A DNA stretch of 64,000 nucleotides from Rozella allomycis CSF55 (Eukaryota), in the NCBI GenBank assembly GCA_000442015.1, contig KE560790.1, forward strand, positions 1 through 64,000. Reading direction: 5' to 3'. The notes below the pieces were generated by a model that was not told the DNA's origin, made no database searches, and was given only the letters and a program-made list of their open reading frames with translations. Every line of letters begins with the position of its first letter. Position 1 is the first letter of the stretch. This document shows positions 62,358 to 64,000 of the stretch, piece after piece. The position numbers were made by a program, and so were the translations under genes.

Positions 62358-64000
62358 ATGGTAGTTGATTTTTCTTTTGAAGTTTCATCGTTTCCAAATA
62401 CCCGATTGTATAGCGGTGTGAAGAAGAAGAGTGAATATGAGCCAATTGTGTTTGATTTTGGTAATTGAAGGTTTTTGTTAGTATAGGGTCGTATATGACT
62501 AGAGTAGGGTATGCGACTGAAATAGAGCCGCAGTTGTCGTATGAATCAGTTATAAACAAATTTACATACAAGGATAACGCCAAGAGCTCATTTTTTGGAA
62601 TTGGAAATGAATATCATGATAATGCTGTCAAACAAACTGTTAGATCACCGTTTGATGGGAACTTAATATACCAATATGATTATTTGGAAACTATGATGGA
62701 TGTGTCATTGTTGAGACTCGGTGTTTCTTCTTTAAAGGATACACCATTGGTGGTTACAGAACCAGCATGTAATTTCAATGCTGGCAGGAAGCGTAATATA
62801 TCATTATAGGGATTATAGAATTGAATGAGCTTGTTTTTGAGGCATATAATGCGCCTAGATTAATGTGTGGAATAGATTTTGCATTTTCATATTTTTACAA
62901 TAATCCAGATTTACCTGATGGAATGATTGTTTCTGGTAGTCATTTAGTTACCCATGTTGTACCATTTATTAATGGAAGATTGGATATGAAGAATTGTAAG
63001 AGATTGAATATTGGAGGAAATCATCTTGCGGAACATTTTTTGAAATTGTTACAATTAAAGTATCCCCTGTTTCCAGTTAGAATGAATTTATCACAAGCGC
63101 AAGTAAGTGTCAATAGAAGAGATGATAGAAATGTCTATTTGAATATGGATATGTAGCTGATAATTACAGAGAAGAGAGTCTAAAGTTTCTAAATGATCCA
63201 GAAAGATCCGTTGTGATTCAATTTCCATTCGCATCAACCCCAGTAAAGATTCAGTAAGTTAATTTTAAAGGATGAAAATAATTTGGAAGAAGAAATGAAA
63301 CGGGAGCAAAGAGAAAAAGAAAAGGAATTGACTAGACAAGCCAGGATTAAAAGATTAGCAGAAAAAGAAAAAGAATTTAATGAAATGAAATCAATGAAGG
63401 AAGAGTTAGAAAAAGAATATGAAATGAAACAACAAGAGGAAGAAGAAGAAGATGCAATAGATCAAGTTTTAGAAGAAAATCAAGAAGAAACGTCTCAACC
63501 TCCACCAAAGAAGGCAAAGAAAACAATTCAAATTTCTTTTCAAGGTAAAATGAATTAAAATGATTTGATTTTGAAGATGAAAATAATCCAATAATTTCAT
63601 ATTTCATTGAAAAAGGATTTAATGATTTGAAACAAGTTAAAACAAGAATAATGAGATTGAAAGAAGCGATAACAAAGTTAAAAAAGAAAATTTCAGAAAA
63701 TGATCAAGAAGAAAAATCAAATAATATTTTTGAATCTTTATCTATTCAAGATCTACAAGAAAAAAGAAATGTAAAAAATATTTTTAAATTAATAAAGGAA
63801 TTGATTTCTAAAATTAGAGAAAAGAAATTTCAAATGAATGGAAGAAAGAATCAACAGTCAAAGCAAAGAATGAGAAATCTTGCTCAATTGGCTGGAAGTG
63901 ATCCATCTTTAATTAAAAATAAAAAGAAAAAAATTGGTAATCTTTTAAATTAAATCTTTTTTCAAAGAAGAAGAAAATGTTGATGATGGTTTTGGTCAAA
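62358..64000 (+). CDS. ARP5: Actin-related protein 5 (INO80), truncated by window end
   Basis: PIVFDFGSYMTRVGY, RSPFDGN, VVTEP, MNELVFEAY-like segment, LLQLKYP, IQFPF, RMRNLAQLA, DDGFG. Confidence 0.88.

Overview
Eukaryotic, AT-rich and extremely gene-dense window with about 43 protein genes and 2 tRNA genes. The proteins are fungal/opisthokont-like, there are roughly 130 hand-reconstructed micro-introns of mostly 26-31 nt, and intergenic gaps go down to 10-25 bp. This fits a compact early-diverging fungal parasite such as Rozella/Cryptomycota (inference). The ORF track is fragmented by the micro-introns, so gene models were rebuilt by hand. Most genes are housekeeping. Main findings: (1) four frame-required introns in conserved enzymes (IDI1, NAMPT, PCK1, RIO2) run GT...TTG with no usable AG, suggesting a length-measuring spliceosome that accepts TG 3' splice sites; (2) signal-peptide-bearing ubiquitin-system proteins (a HECT E3 and an F-box/LRR protein) that look like host-directed effectors; (3) an RGS-DUF4395 fusion among three RGS genes; (4) two unusually long, structured introns (a DBP2 hairpin and an eIF4E composite intron); (5) divergent start codons only 20-25 bp apart, with recurrent GCCAC and ACCCTGG motifs near start codons. 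All family assignments come from motif recognition, not database searches.
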